A stretch of DNA of 63,925 bases, counting the filler, from Conidiobolus incongruus B7586 (lineage: Eukaryota): the NCBI GenBank assembly GCA_000697335.1. It is 10 parts of 10 records of this genome, joined end to end, with 100 filler letters (N's around TTAATTAATTAA, not from the genome) between each part and the next. Parts side by side here need not be neighbours in the genome. Positions count along the whole stretch, not along the records: positions 1 to 31,399 come from JNEM01006643.1; 9 more parts are not named here. The stretch is one strand, 5' to 3'. Positions 1 to 12,812 of this stretch are shown one piece after another. The notes under the pieces were generated by a model, which worked only from the letters and a program-made list of their open reading frames with translations, searched no databases and was not told the DNA's origin. The position numbers and the translations under genes were made by a program. The first letter of the stretch is position 1; each line of letters starts with the position of its first letter.

Positions 1-420
1 AGTGAATATTAATTATTATAATAAATTATAATAATATATAATTTTTTTATTTAATATCTTAAGGAAAATTAATTAATAGTAAATTTTATATTAATTTTTT
101 AAATAAAATAATTTTTAAATAATATTTTCAATATAAATTAAAAATTCTTATTAGTTTATATAATAATTATAAAATATATAAAGTTAAAACTACAAAAAAA
201 TTTTTATATAAAAAAATTAGAGAAAGTTACCATATCTAGTATATTCACTTAATTATAACTTATATAATTATAATTATTTTAAGGAATTAAAAAATTAGCT
301 TGTAAGAAAAAAAATTCCTACAAATAAATTAAATTAATTTGTAAAATATTAAATTTCAGTCTTTTAATAAAAAACTATTTTTTAAGTATTAAAAGCTTGT
401 TAAAAGTATAGAAAAAAAAT
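1..420 (+). mobile_element. Degenerate mariner-family transposon fragment (3' part of transposase)
   Basis: Reverse complement of 48590-48900 and 41400-41710 (e.g. aaatttcagtcttttaataaaaaactattttttaag vs cttaaaaaacagttctttttattaaagactgaaattt). Heavily AT-shifted; boundaries approximate. Confidence 0.75.
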
Positions 421-1015
421 ATTAATTTTATTTTCTTTATTAAAGTTTATATATTATTTATTAATTTGTTTGTTTAACTTTAATTTTAAAATTATATCAT
501 TACTTAATTTCTATATTAATACAATGATCCAAAATCAAAATTACCAATAATTTGCCTTTATTCTAATATATTTTGCAAAAAATTAATATAAAATTTTATA
601 GAATAAATGGGATAATTCATCCTAGAATGAATAGCTTTATATGTAATTATCTTTATTGTAAGAATGAAATAGATAGAATTTTTCAATTTCCTATATCATA
701 TGATTCAAAATATTTTAAATATTAATTTTAGCCTTGTATCAATTTTCTATTTTCAAATTTACAGAAAAAACAAACTACATTGTCTTATATATTAATTTTA
801 TAAGTATTAGATAAATTTTCAAATGTTTACATATAAAAAACAGCTTAAAAATAGAAATATATTATAATTTTAATTATTTTTAAAATTTAATTTTACAAAA
901 ATATTAATCAAAAAATAATGATTATTATCAAAATAAAATTTCAGTTGATATTAAAATTTGGAATCATAAAGTTGGATCTACCAGCCTTACAACTCTCAAT
1001 TCGTTAGCTTTAAAA

Positions 1016-1747
1016 TTATCGGTTCTTTTCTATATAATCTCCATAAGCATAATCTACATAGTCTTCTGGATTAGAATAGTCACCATTGTAATCGTTGTTG
1101 AAGCGGTAGTCGTAACTATCATCTGAGTAATCGTCCGAATAGTCATTATAGCCTTTGGAGTAATTATCTCCTCGATAAATACTATTGTCATCGTTATAAT
1201 CACCCGCGTTATAATTGTCATTGTATTCTCCGCTATAGTCACTACTGGAGTAGTCGTTATAGTCGCCGTTATAGTCATCTCCGGAGTAATCATTATAGTC
1301 GTCGGCATAATCTTCGTCATTATAGTTGTCAAAATCATGTGGAGAACTATAGCCAATTCCATTCAAGTCGGAATTGTCAATTGGCCCATGGGGATCTATG
1401 GGTATACTATCACTGGATGCTGCGAACACTTTTCCTGACTTTATTTTTCCTTGATTTTTGGTGGGATTTGTGATATCCATGGGAGTTCTTCCTCCGAAGA
1501 GGTTGGGATTCGCTTTACTCAGATCGAGATCTGCCACTTTGTCCATTTGGTTGAAGCCTGAGTTGCCTACGAGTAGGTCGTAATTCGTGATAGGATCAAG
1601 AGATTTGTTGATGCGTCCAGTTAATGTGTCTTTGACTCTATCTGGTATTGGATACAGAATAGCACTTGAATCAGAGTCCAACTCTGAAGTAACTGGTAAT
1701 GATAGTGAAGTTTGAATGAGATATATGTAAATCCAAGATAATATCAT
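1016..1747 (-). CDS. Putative secreted protein with C-terminal Asp/Tyr/Asn-rich low-complexity repeats
   Basis: 243-aa intronless ORF, GC higher than flanks. Hydrophobic N-terminus ends SLS-LP (signal-peptide like); last ~105 aa are DYND/DYSG/GDY repeats. Confidence 0.75.
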   Translation of the reverse strand: MILSWIYIYLIQTSLSLPVTSELDSDSSAILYPIPDRVKDTLTGRINKSLDPITNYDLLVGNSGFNQMDKVADLDLSKANPNLFGGRTPMDITNPTKNQGKIKSGKVFAASSDSIPIDPHGPIDNSDLNGIGYSSPHDFDNYNDEDYADDYNDYSGDDYNGDYNDYSSSDYSGEYNDNYNAGDYNDDNSIYRGDNYSKGYNDYSDDYSDDSYDYRFNNDYNGDYSNPEDYVDYAYGDYIEKNR

Positions 1748-2618
1748 CTTTAATAGAATAATAATTACAGATTATGGTGATATTTTGTTGAATTCTGTGG
1801 CAAGTTTATATACTAAAACCCATTGTCATACCTCAATTGATATATTGTTTACGTCCATGTGACTAACATACCTCCCATCTCGACATTTTTACTCATATTT
1901 TAAGGCTGTGAAATCCGATTTGAATTGATCTTCTACCTCGTTGAATTTCTCTGCTAAGTTACCCAAATTGACAATTCCCACATTTTCTAATCAGCATACT
2001 CAGATTTGAGGGTTCGATTGCTAATTTGAGTAATTTGTGTCAATCTTTGTAAAATATTTGTGTGAATGAAATTTCGTGAATTTTGGGTTCGTATTGGCAA
2101 ATTCAGTTAATCTTGGTCAATCAGACATAGGTCATACAATAAAATGATTAATTTTTAATTGATTTTTCAACTTGGAGACTTTTCAAACGTTTTTAAAATG
2201 GCCTAAATTAAACTCGTGAAATCTGTCAATGACCTTGAAAAATCGTGTATGATGTTGAAATTTGCTAATATTGGAATTTAATCAAGTAGCCAACCTTTAC
2301 AATCTGCAATACGATCTTTTAATAGTATAGAATGAATTATAGTTTTTACCATATTAATCCATATCAAATATTCTATAGAACTAATATATTTTATTTAATT
2401 TTAATATCGTTGAGTAATCATAAATGTTATATGTAATAAAATTTGTAAATTTAGTAAATGTAGATAGATTCACTAAAGTCGAGTTGGGTCTAATTTGGGG
2501 GAAAAAATTCAAAATTAATGGCAATAAGAAAGGATTGAGAATATTGGGAATATTCTAGACATTGCAACTATAGTCATTTTAAAAGTTTATATTTATATGT
2601 ATTGTGCAATTGATTAAA

Positions 2619-3813
2619 TTATTCAGTTTTGATTTCCTTATTGTTGGAATTGGAGTCTCCGTCGTCGTTTCTCTTACGTTTGACAAGACTCGAAACGTCC
2701 TTGGCCTTGGACAAGAGTTCGGGATCGAAATTGATCTTACCCTTTTCATGCTGTTTCTGGAGGGCATCAGCAATTACACTGCTCAAATTTTCGGTCATTA
2801 TAGTATCTTGGATTCTGTCAGTAACTTCTTTGATTAATTGGTCCAAATCTTTGGCTTCTTCCTGGTCAGCAGCCTTTTCCATATCGAGCTCGGATTTGCG
2901 CTTGGCGAGTAAGGTCTTGACTTGTTCGAACACTTCCTTAGATTTGGTGTAGTCTTCTTGGTATTCGTAAGCCATCGCTAATAAGAATAATATTTCACCA
3001 AGACGTCTGGTTTGGTCGCCGAAATATTCGCGAATATTGATCTCAGCTCCCTTGTAGTTCTCGACTGCTAAATCGAAGTTTTCTGATTCTAAAGAGCAAT
3101 CACCTAAGGTGAGGTACACTTGGCACATTTGATCTCTGAGGGTAGTGTTGTCGGGATCTTTTTCGAGTTCGGTCTTATAAAGGTTGAGAGCACCAGTTAA
3201 GATAGAATATGCTAAAGATAAGTCGTCAACATCTTCGATATCTTCATCGTCTTCGCCTTCCCCATCTTTGTCACTTTCACCTTCCTTATCTTCAGCATCA
3301 TCTTCATCGTCAATTTGATCCAAATCTTCACCAGCATCAATTTGGATATTGGAGCTGGAAGCTTGTAAATTAGTCTTAGCTTGCTCTAAAATCAGCATAA
3401 GGGGTTAAATCAAGGTCTTCAAAATAACAAGCTATGAACTACCTTCCATCTCTTCATCTTCATGTTTTTCATTAGCATTATCCAAATCCAAAGCTCTACG
3501 ATTAGCTACGGCGGAACGATATAAGGCAGCACCATATTTATAGGTAGGGAAAGCGCTATTAATATGATTTTCACCGTACAACATTTCACTAAAAATTAAA
3601 AAGTCGCGTTAATGAATACTTAGATAAAGAATTAATGATACAAACTTACGAGACTTGAACAGCTGCTGAAAATTGTTCAATAGCACTTTCGTAATCTTTT
3701 TCGCGCATACATTTGTCACCCTCTTGGAGGGAGTTATCAATAGCCTGCTTCATAAAATCTATCTGTCCTTCGAACTCATTGTCTTGAGGTTGATTATCTT
3801 GTTTTGCACTCAT
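2619..3813 (-). CDS. NASP: NASP/Sim3/Hif1-family TPR histone chaperone (3 exons: 3813-3650, 3588-3443, 3385-2619)
   Basis: TPR1 (YESAIEQFSAAV), YKYGAALY, acidic insert, SHNi-TPR motif (VYLTLGDCSLESENFDLAVENY), C-terminal NLS LVKRKR. GT-AG introns join in frame. Confidence 0.88.
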
Positions 3814-5526
3814 TTTTATTGGCTTTATATTCAATATATTGTTTTATTGAATGCTATAATTCTTAGGAACGAGACTCTAGTAAGTTTATGTACTGATAAT
3901 CAGGAATCATTTTAATTGTGGGATTAGAATAATATTATAGGAACATATTAAAGATATAGGTCACAATGAATTCTGATTAGATAAAATTGACTAAATATAG
4001 AATTATTAAGTATTGTATATATATTTATCCTATATATAATATCTCGATCAATATCAACTCAATATGTAATGTGTAATATGTCATAATAATCCAATACATC
4101 GAATAGCAAAATTTTCAAAACATTTGCAATATAAAAATGATAAGTATCATAAACGCTGATAATGATAATCATTTTGTAAGACATTTAAAAGTCATTAAAT
4201 CAATTAATATTTAAGATTTTATATTTTATAATTTTATTTTTTGATTATACTAATTTTTATATAATTATTGAATTATTAAAATGAGTTAAAGCAAATTTTT
4301 CTTTTTAATTTGTTGAGTAAAATCATCTCAACCATAATTTATTCCTTCAATTTTATATATATATATTTAATTTTTATAAAGTTATAAACCAAATTAAAAA
4401 GGAATAATAAATAATTTAGATATATAGAGTTAAAATTTTTAATTAAATTGAAATTAATTTTAGTGATGAAATTTTGTTTTGTAATCATCAAAAACCTGAT
4501 TGGATAACAACAAATTTAGAATAAATTCCATATATTCTTTTTATCCCTTATTAACCCTTGATTAATCAATTTTATTAATCTAGAATATTTATTGGATCTT
4601 GACAATTTAAAAAAATGATATAATCAAAATTAATAGTTATTTATAACATAATTTCATATAGATCGATTATCGCTAATTGATATAGATTATAATTCAAGAA
4701 TGATTTAAATACATCCTTTAAATTAACATAATATATACATAATATATTAAATTATCAAATTATCAATCAAAATCATTATTCAGAGTTAAAAAAATATTAC
4801 ATTTATCAGGCATTAATTCAAATAAACTTTGTATCAAATACTAGTACAATATAATTAAAAGTAAAATTGAATAATATTTATATTGAATGTAATATTATTG
4901 ATTAATATTTAATTTAATAAAATGATATGAAACCATTTTTTAATTATTTCGTTAACCTTTTAATATTTTATTATACTCTTGTATAATATTTTATATTGAA
5001 AATAGATAAAGTTCAGTGTCAAATTTTACACTTAAAAACGATTCAATACCAAAAATAGCAATATTAACAAACTAATTTCTAAATTTTTAGAAAAAATATT
5101 GGAATTCTAAATCATCATAAAATTTTCAAATAATTAATAAATAGTAAGGGTTAATTAAAAAACAATATTAATCTTTCATCAAGCTAAAAATTCAACAACA
5201 ATTAAAGTAATGCCACCCAATTTCAAACCCGCTGAAATTGTCATTAACCTTCAAATGGTTAAACAATTTCCAATTGGAGAGCATAAATAATCAATATACT
5301 TAGAATTCAATACTGTTAGAATTTTTTAAATTATGATTCATTGCATATTGAAGTTGATATGCTTCAATTATTATAGTAATATTAGGGTTTAATAGATGTC
5401 CCATCCCATATATCCTCAAGTCACAAAGATGATTTCATCCTTTCGATAAGCTTTGGATATATAAACGGGATTCGAGCTTTTATTATGTATTATTTTTTCT
5501 AAAAAAATTAATAAATTGGGAAAATT

Positions 5527-6693
5527 ATGAGATTAACAAATGTTTTAATACTATTGACAGTTGGATTGGATGCGAGTCAATTGATCGATTATAAGAAAGC
5601 TATAAATGATCCAATCGCCCAATACTCTGACAAATCTTCCAAACACAATTACTACTTTGGCAATTCGTCTAGTCATGTCGCTCACGAACCGAGCAAGAGA
5701 TTTAATAATCTGATCTTTGAAGATAATTTTGACGATTTTAATTTAAAGACTTGGAAACACGATATTACCCTAGGTGGTGGAGGTAATTGGGAGTTTGAAT
5801 TTTATACTAATAATAGATCTTCAAGCTTTGTTAAGGATGGTATGCTGCATATTCGTCCTATTTTGACTTCGGAAAGTATCGGTGAAGCTGCCATTGTTAA
5901 TGGTGGTACCATTGATCTCTGGGGTAACCAACCTAATATGAAATGTACTGCTAATGCTTTCTACGGTTGTATGAGAACTTCAAACGGAAACAATTATTTG
6001 AACCCTATTCAGTCTGCATTGATCAGATCTTATGAGAAGATCACCTTCACCTATGGAAAAGTCGAAGTTCGTGCTCGTTTACCCAAAGGTGACTGGATTT
6101 GGCCTGCAATTTGGTTACTACCAATAGATCATAACTACGGCAGCTGGCCCTCATCTGGTGAGATTGATCTAGTTGAAAGTCGTGGTAATGATCCCAGTTA
6201 TCCGGGACAAGGACGCAACACTTTCGCATCCACATTGCACTGGGGTCCTAGCTTCGAATTTAACCGCTACCAAATGACAACCCAAGCATACACCCTTCCC
6301 AATGGCCAGACTTTTTCTGATGACTTCCACATCTTTACTCTGGAATGGACTGGTGACTACCTTAGAACCTTTGTAGATAACAAACCTGTTTTAACTGTGA
6401 ATTATGACAAATCATACTGGGATCGTGGACAGTTCCCAAGTTACTTGAACAACCCATGGCAAGGAAGATCCAAGGCAGCTCCTTTCGATCGCGACTTCTA
6501 TCTCATCTTCAACGTTGCTGTTGGTGGAACTAATGGCTACTTCCCAGAAGGCGTTGGTAATAAACCTTGGAGTAATAACTCCCCTGTTGCTATGAAAGAG
6601 TTCTGGGATAACAGAAATCAATGGTACCCTACATGGCCTAAGGACGATCGTAGAGATTTGATTATTGACTATGTCAGGGTATATTCCCTCTAA
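5527..6693 (+). CDS. Secreted GH16 endo-beta-1,3-glucanase (beta-GRP/GNBP-like subfamily)
   Basis: 388-aa ORF with signal peptide, GGGNWEF, WPAIWLLP, catalytic GEIDLVESRGN, and APFD..FYLIFNVAVGGTNGYF motifs. Confidence 0.95.
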   Translation: MRLTNVLILLTVGLDASQLIDYKKAINDPIAQYSDKSSKHNYYFGNSSSHVAHEPSKRFNNLIFEDNFDDFNLKTWKHDITLGGGGNWEFEFYTNNRSSSFVKDGMLHIRPILTSESIGEAAIVNGGTIDLWGNQPNMKCTANAFYGCMRTSNGNNYLNPIQSALIRSYEKITFTYGKVEVRARLPKGDWIWPAIWLLPIDHNYGSWPSSGEIDLVESRGNDPSYPGQGRNTFASTLHWGPSFEFNRYQMTTQAYTLPNGQTFSDDFHIFTLEWTGDYLRTFVDNKPVLTVNYDKSYWDRGQFPSYLNNPWQGRSKAAPFDRDFYLIFNVAVGGTNGYFPEGVGNKPWSNNSPVAMKEFWDNRNQWYPTWPKDDRRDLIIDYVRVYSL

Positions 6694-8879
6694 GTATATT
6701 TACAAATAACATGAATTGATGTTTAACATTATAATTATTATCACCAACCTACCAAATATATTATTATAATAAATTCACTTTATAAAACATAAATTAATTT
6801 CTCACATTTCATGATATTTGAAATTTTGCGGGTTATATTTTGCATATTTCATATTAATTCACCTATCACAATTTAAATGATCCTCCAAGAGTTGTTCAAT
6901 TAATTTGCATTAAAATTAATGAATTTTGCCTTTTGTATCGATTATTTCCTAATTATATTTCAAGTTGTTTACATTTTGCAAAGTAATCTAAAATTTAGAA
7001 TTAATGTTGATTAGAATAAATTGTACAACTTGAGTATATCAATGTAATCAATATCATCAAATAGTATATAAAGTGTTGTAAAATATCAAAAAAAATTAGC
7101 TGATTAACAATATATAATGAGTTAATATATCACTTTAATAAATGAATGATTTTAAATAGTATGTAAATATTTGTATTCAACAACTTTGAAAATTCTATCC
7201 TAATTAATTAGAAATATGTAATTTATAGAAGTGATTTCCAACAATAAAATTAAAAATGAAAAATCCTTGATTATTGTAAATAAATATTATTAATTGCAAT
7301 TTAAAGGATATAAGATTAATATTTAGAATATATGTATATAATAGAAAAATCACTTTTCAATTGAACTTGACTCAACATTTCATTTATATCCTATTTTATT
7401 TAATCAATATGAAACTGCTAATTTAAATAAATTTGGAGGTGATTATATTTAATTAGTGACACAATAATATGTTATCCAAATATAACTTACAATTTAAGCT
7501 GATTTATGTTAACAATAATTTTGGTTTTTTAGTGAGACAAATGATATGATAAATATGGAATTTAAAATATTGTTCTATAATTCTTCTACAATTAGCAATA
7601 TGGATTATATTAGATTGGATCTGAACACAAATAGTTTATTAAATGTCAAAATGAATATGATATATCAGTCTGTTGTAATTGGGAACCTTTCATTGACATT
7701 CAATACTAAATATTACGAAAATCAAAAATCAAAATTTTCTCCCTTTATTTGATAAAGACTATAATATTAAGAACTATCAATCTCCTACAAAAAATATTAT
7801 GATATATATTCAATTAATTAAATCTAAAATTCAAATCCTTGCATTATTATGGAATAGACTAGTTATCATTTTATAAATTTTAATAGATTGAACAATATTA
7901 AATAATATATATCATATACCATGTATGTTTGCTTAAAGTAATTCTCAAATAACTGTTTTATTATATTGATGATATAAAAAGACAAAAAGTTTAATTTATA
8001 ATAAACTCTGTTTTTCACTGGTTATTCATGACAAATTGTTAAATAATAATCTATTCAAATTGAAATTAATAATAGCTAAAATATATTAATATAATAAATA
8101 TTATAATTTTATATTTATAATATTTTATTTGAAAAAAAGTTTGAACATTTCCTTTAATTAATCACTGTTAGTCAATTTGCAAAACCTGTCACAAAAATAG
8201 TAATTTTGACTTTCTATGATAATTAATAATAATCAGCTTAGGGATTATTACATTCATTGATGCAAGAATATATTCGTATACATTGATCTGGAAATTAATT
8301 CAAAGATTGTATAAGAGATTCACATGATTGATATTATTCAAATATAATGAATGACAACAGTCTTTGGTCCGTACTGGAGTATTCATTTTAGATTTAATAG
8401 TTAAAGAATGTATTATCATTAATTACAAACAAGGTTATAACAATTAATTAAAGATTTAAAGTATATTAAAAAACCAATTGATTATTTAGATTATCGCTAT
8501 AAGATCATATAACTGAATTGATTGGCATGATAAATTTTAATAGATAATACAGATCATTAGTGAACCTTAAAATGAAAAGTACACTAGTATCATTGACATA
8601 TTATAAAATTTAGTCATTAATGATTAATAATATGAATAAAACTGACTTGAAAATTTTAAGCATGCCATTATCATATAAATACAGACAAGCCAAAATAATT
8701 GTAATAATCATTAATCAAAAATGATGATATTCGATCTTAGTTACATTGCTCAATCTTTTCTGGGCTCAAATAACCAGCAAGAATTTTGATTGACTATTGA
8801 AAGTTTTTAAACAATGAAACCGGATATCCGCTGAATAATTTTATTGATGAAAGTACATCCGATATTAAGACCTATGGAT

Positions 8880-9884
8880 ATAGGACATCTAGACTTTATC
8901 AATTAATCTTTCAAGATAAATTCTATGACTTTAATTTAAAGAGTTGGAGAAATGCTATCATACTTTGTTGAGATGGTAACTAGGAATTTGAATACTATAC
9001 AAATGATAGATCTTCCAACTTTGTTAAAGGTGGCAAGTTACACCTCCGATCAATTCTGACTTCAGATAGCATTGGCAATCATTCTGTAAAGAATGGCAGT
9101 ATCACTGATCATTGGGATAAGTAACCTAATTTGAAATATACTGTTAACGCCTTATTTGGATGTTCAAGATCATTTAATGGAAACAATTACTTGAACCCTA
9201 TTCAATCAGTTCTTATCAGCTCTCATGAAAAACCGTCTTTCATCTATGGTAGAATGGAAACTCGTGCTCGTTTACCCAATGGAGACTGGATTTAGTCTAC
9301 GATTTCTGTTATTGCCTGTCGATCATAATTATTATGGCTTACCTTCCTCTGGAGGGGTTGATCTTGTAGTGGGTCGCGGAAATGATCAAAACTATCCTGG
9401 CAAAGATCGTGATATCATTGCATCTACGTTACACTGGGAACCCAGCTTTGAATCCAATCGTTATAAGAAAACTTCCGTATCTTGTACTCTACCCAATAAT
9501 GATGCCTTTTCTGATGATTTTTATATTTTACACTAGAATTGACATCTAAATATCTCCAAACTTCTTTAGACAACACTCCCGTATTAAATGTTCAGAATAA
9601 CCAATCATATTGGAATCATGACTAGTTTCCAAATTATTTAAATAATCCTTGGCAAGGAAGATCCAAGGCTACACTTTTTATCATGACTCCTATCTTATCT
9701 TTAACGTTACTGCTGGTGGAACATAACTGTTACTTCCCAGAAAACGTTGACAACAAGTCCTGGAATAATTATTTACCAAATGCTCTCAAAGAGTATTATG
9801 ATAAGAAGGACGATTGGTATTCAACTTAATCTGAGGATGATCATCATGATTTGATCATTATGTCAGTGAGTATTCTCAGTATTA
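8880..9884 (+). pseudogene. Decayed tandem paralog of the GH16 glucanase
   Basis: Colinear with 5690-6693 (e.g. ggaaacaattacttgaaccctattcaatc; tggcaaggaagatccaaggc). Multiple stops (GGA>TGA, TGG>TAG, CAA>TAA) and frameshifts; catalytic EIDLVE reads GVDLVV. 5' boundary approximate. Confidence 0.9.
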
Positions 9885-10293
9885 AATTTTTTCAACTAAT
9901 CTTATTAAATATAATTGATTTCAAATGAATATATTATTTATAATACTTATTCTATAGCATTATGTATTAAATCACCTTCCATGAATTCTAGTTTAATATT
10001 ATTATTATTTATTATTCAAAATGGCTGAATTTGAGCAATCGAATTATTGAAAACAATATACAAATCAAAATTTGTTATATTAAATTATCAATTATTCATA
10101 ATTACCAACACAATAAAAATATTAGAAATTAGTGTAATTAATAAAAATATTATATTCATTAAAATTTAGAAATATTAATAATAACTTGATACAAGTTACA
10201 ATACTAAAATCAAAATGTAATATTTTGGAGGAAGTATTTTAGTAATAGTTAACAAAAAGAGGAAAATGCCAATATACTCACGAGGGATTTTAA

Positions 10294-10367
10294 CGCTCCC
10301 AGGTGGGCTTGAACCACCAACCTCCCGATTAACAGTCGGACGCGCTAGCCAATTGCGCCATGGAAGC
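10294..10367 (-). tRNA. tRNA-Asn (GTT)
   Basis: Reverse complement GCTTCCATGGCGCAATTGGCTAGCGCGTCCGACT-GTT-AATCGGGAGGTTGGTGGTTCAAGCCCACCTGGGAGCG folds as a cloverleaf with A and B boxes. Confidence 0.95.
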
Positions 10368-10933
10368 TATAATAGTGGATTCTCATCATCATTTATTATT
10401 TTGTCTATTTTAACAAAAATCAAAATATTAAAATATAAATTTTTTTATTTTAAATTTGATTGCTCTAAATATTCAATTTAATTCGATTTACTATCATACT
10501 TTTTGATTAGTATTTTTTCAATATTCAATTATTTATTCCTTAATTTCTTTCTTATTTACATCATAATTTTTCAATATAATATTTATAATCTAATGTATAA
10601 TAATATTGGTTTATTATAAAACAATGAAAATTGTTTAATAGTAGTTTAATCAAATTTATTATTATCAAAATATAATTGAAAAAATTAAATAATTTCAAAA
10701 ATAATAATAGCATTAAACATTTTTATTATGAATAAATATAAAAAAACAAAAATAATGTATACAAAAATTATATGCTATTAGTTATTGAAAACAACAGATA
10801 TAACAAATCAGCCTATTAACCAATATTATACTAAAATATATAGATAGATAATAATAGTTGAATATATAATAATATATAAATTTTAATTTGTATTCAACAA
10901 TAAATTTAAATGAGTTAGAGATGTAAACATAAA

Positions 10934-11167
10934 TTATTTAGATTCTTCAAAAATACCCAAAAAGAGATTGAGAGCGATCAGAAGACAAGCTAAACTAACG
11001 TAGGGACTTAATCTCTCTCCAATTCGTGACATCTTCCATATAAGACTTTGGAATCCACCCTTATTACGGTCGACAAGGGAAGGAATTTGACTTTTGACAT
11101 ATGTACTCGTGCAGATAGTTAATACGATAACTAGTAAAAGTGATTGAAAGTTGAATAATGCTGACAT
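10934..11167 (-). CDS. KSH1: Protein Kish (Ksh1/TMEM167)
   Basis: [23 protein letters not shown] ... [16 protein letters not shown] is the Kish signature. Confidence 0.95.
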   Translation of the reverse strand: MSALFNFQSLLLVIVLTICTSTYVKSQIPSLVDRNKGGFQSLIWKMSRIGERLSPYVSLACLLIALNLFLGIFEESK

Positions 11168-11493
11168 ATTGATATTTTTGGAAAGTCTGTTCTAATTTGA
11201 CTCTTGGGAGTCACATCATTCATCAATTTCAGAATTTAATTATTAATAATATATTATCTAATTATTATGGGATAATGACAATCATTATGAGACTTTTGGC
11301 TTTAAATTTCTAGCTGACTGTCAAAATAAGATTTTATAAAGTTTAAAATCTATCCATTCAAATCCACCAATTAAATTACTTTTAAATTTCAATCTCCATC
11401 AAATCCCACATCAATCCCAATAAATTTAATCAGTATTAAATAAGTCTTTGCATTTGCGCTTTTATTTAATATTCATTCATTTCAGTTAATAAA

Positions 11494-12423
11494 ATGACAG
11501 CGAATCAAAAGATAGATTTAAAAGTTGTTATTTTGGGTCGTAGCAACGCTGGTAAGAGTTCTCTAATGGAAAAGTATTTAACTTCTAAATTTCAAATTAA
11601 AAATAATTCAACGGTAATTATTCAAAAATATTAAAAATAATTATATTTTATTAACATATTTATTATTATAGACCATTGGTGCTTCTTTCGGTTGTAAAAA
11701 AGTTCACACTAAGAATAAATCAGTTAATATGGGGATTTGGGTAAAACACCAATATTCACATAGCTTATTTAGCAAATTATTAATAAAGTTTCTATTAGGA
11801 TACAGCAGGTAGTGAACGTTACGAAAGTATGACCCAAATGTATTATAGAAACGCTTCAGCTGCTATTATCTGTTTCGATTTATCAGATTTGGATAGCTTT
11901 CACAGGGTCGACTATTGGTTAAAACAATTGCGGCAATTTGAGCAACTGTGTAGAGTGTTTTTATGTGGCACTAAATTGGATTTGTTACAGACTGAAGATA
12001 ATCATACCGACTATGCTAATGACAATAGGTTATTTTATCAGTCTAACGACCATGTTATGAAATCCAAATCTTCGAATCAGATTATTGATGAGGAAGAGAT
12101 TGAAAAGTATATCAAAAAGAATGATGTGATTAAATACTTTCCAACTAGTTCCAAAACGGGATATAATGTAAATGAAATATTTCAAGGTATTTTAAATAAT
12201 CAGATTACTATAATTCTGTTTAATATATATTAATGATGTAATAGCTATAGCTGACGATTGGATAGAGCAGCAAATTTTAATTCAGTCACAAAATAGAAAC
12301 AATCAACCCAAAGAAGGTAATATTAAGCTTTATAGATTTATTTCATCAAATTGAATATAGATTTTAGACGAGAATTCTATTATTGTACTAAAATCTTCAG
12401 ATTCTAACTCAAACTGCTGTTAA
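11494..12423 (+). CDS. RAB24: Rab24-like small GTPase (exons 11494-11613, 11672-11740, 11799-12186, 12245-12316, 12368-12423)
   Basis: P-loop GRSNAGKS, TIGASF, GIWDTAGSERYE (Ser in place of Gln), CGTKLD (Thr in place of Asn of NKxD), TSSKTG, C-terminal CC prenylation motif. GT-AG introns. Confidence 0.85.
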
Positions 12424-12812
12424 ATGCTTTTTTATTTTGTATTATTACTGTACTATACTAATTAATTCTATTATAACTGATCAATGTATTTTAATCAGTT
12501 AATTTATCGCTAGAATTTACAAATGTATCAATTATGGAGATTCTTACGGTAGTGAACTAAATTTTAGCAGTTAAATCCATATTGTATATTACACACAGTC
12601 TCCAATAAGATTTGCTTTGTTGGCATATCTGATTCATTTCAAATGAATCAATCGTTAGTTTTACCATTAAGGTCAAATATATAATAAAAGTCGTGCTAGT
12701 TTTATTAATAATAAAGCATTTGAATATGTTTTAGATGAAATTTTGAATTTATTATTTAGACTGTTTATTTAAATTCTTACTAAACATTCAATTAATTATA
12801 AATACAAATCAA

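Noticed and set aside
1054..1362. Thr/Ile/Met-rich alternate-frame ORF
   Set aside because: Frame-shifted shadow of the GAY-TAY-AAY repeats of the Asp/Tyr-rich protein.
10266..10481. 71-aa ORF
   Set aside because: It is the antisense of tRNA-Asn plus AT-rich flank.
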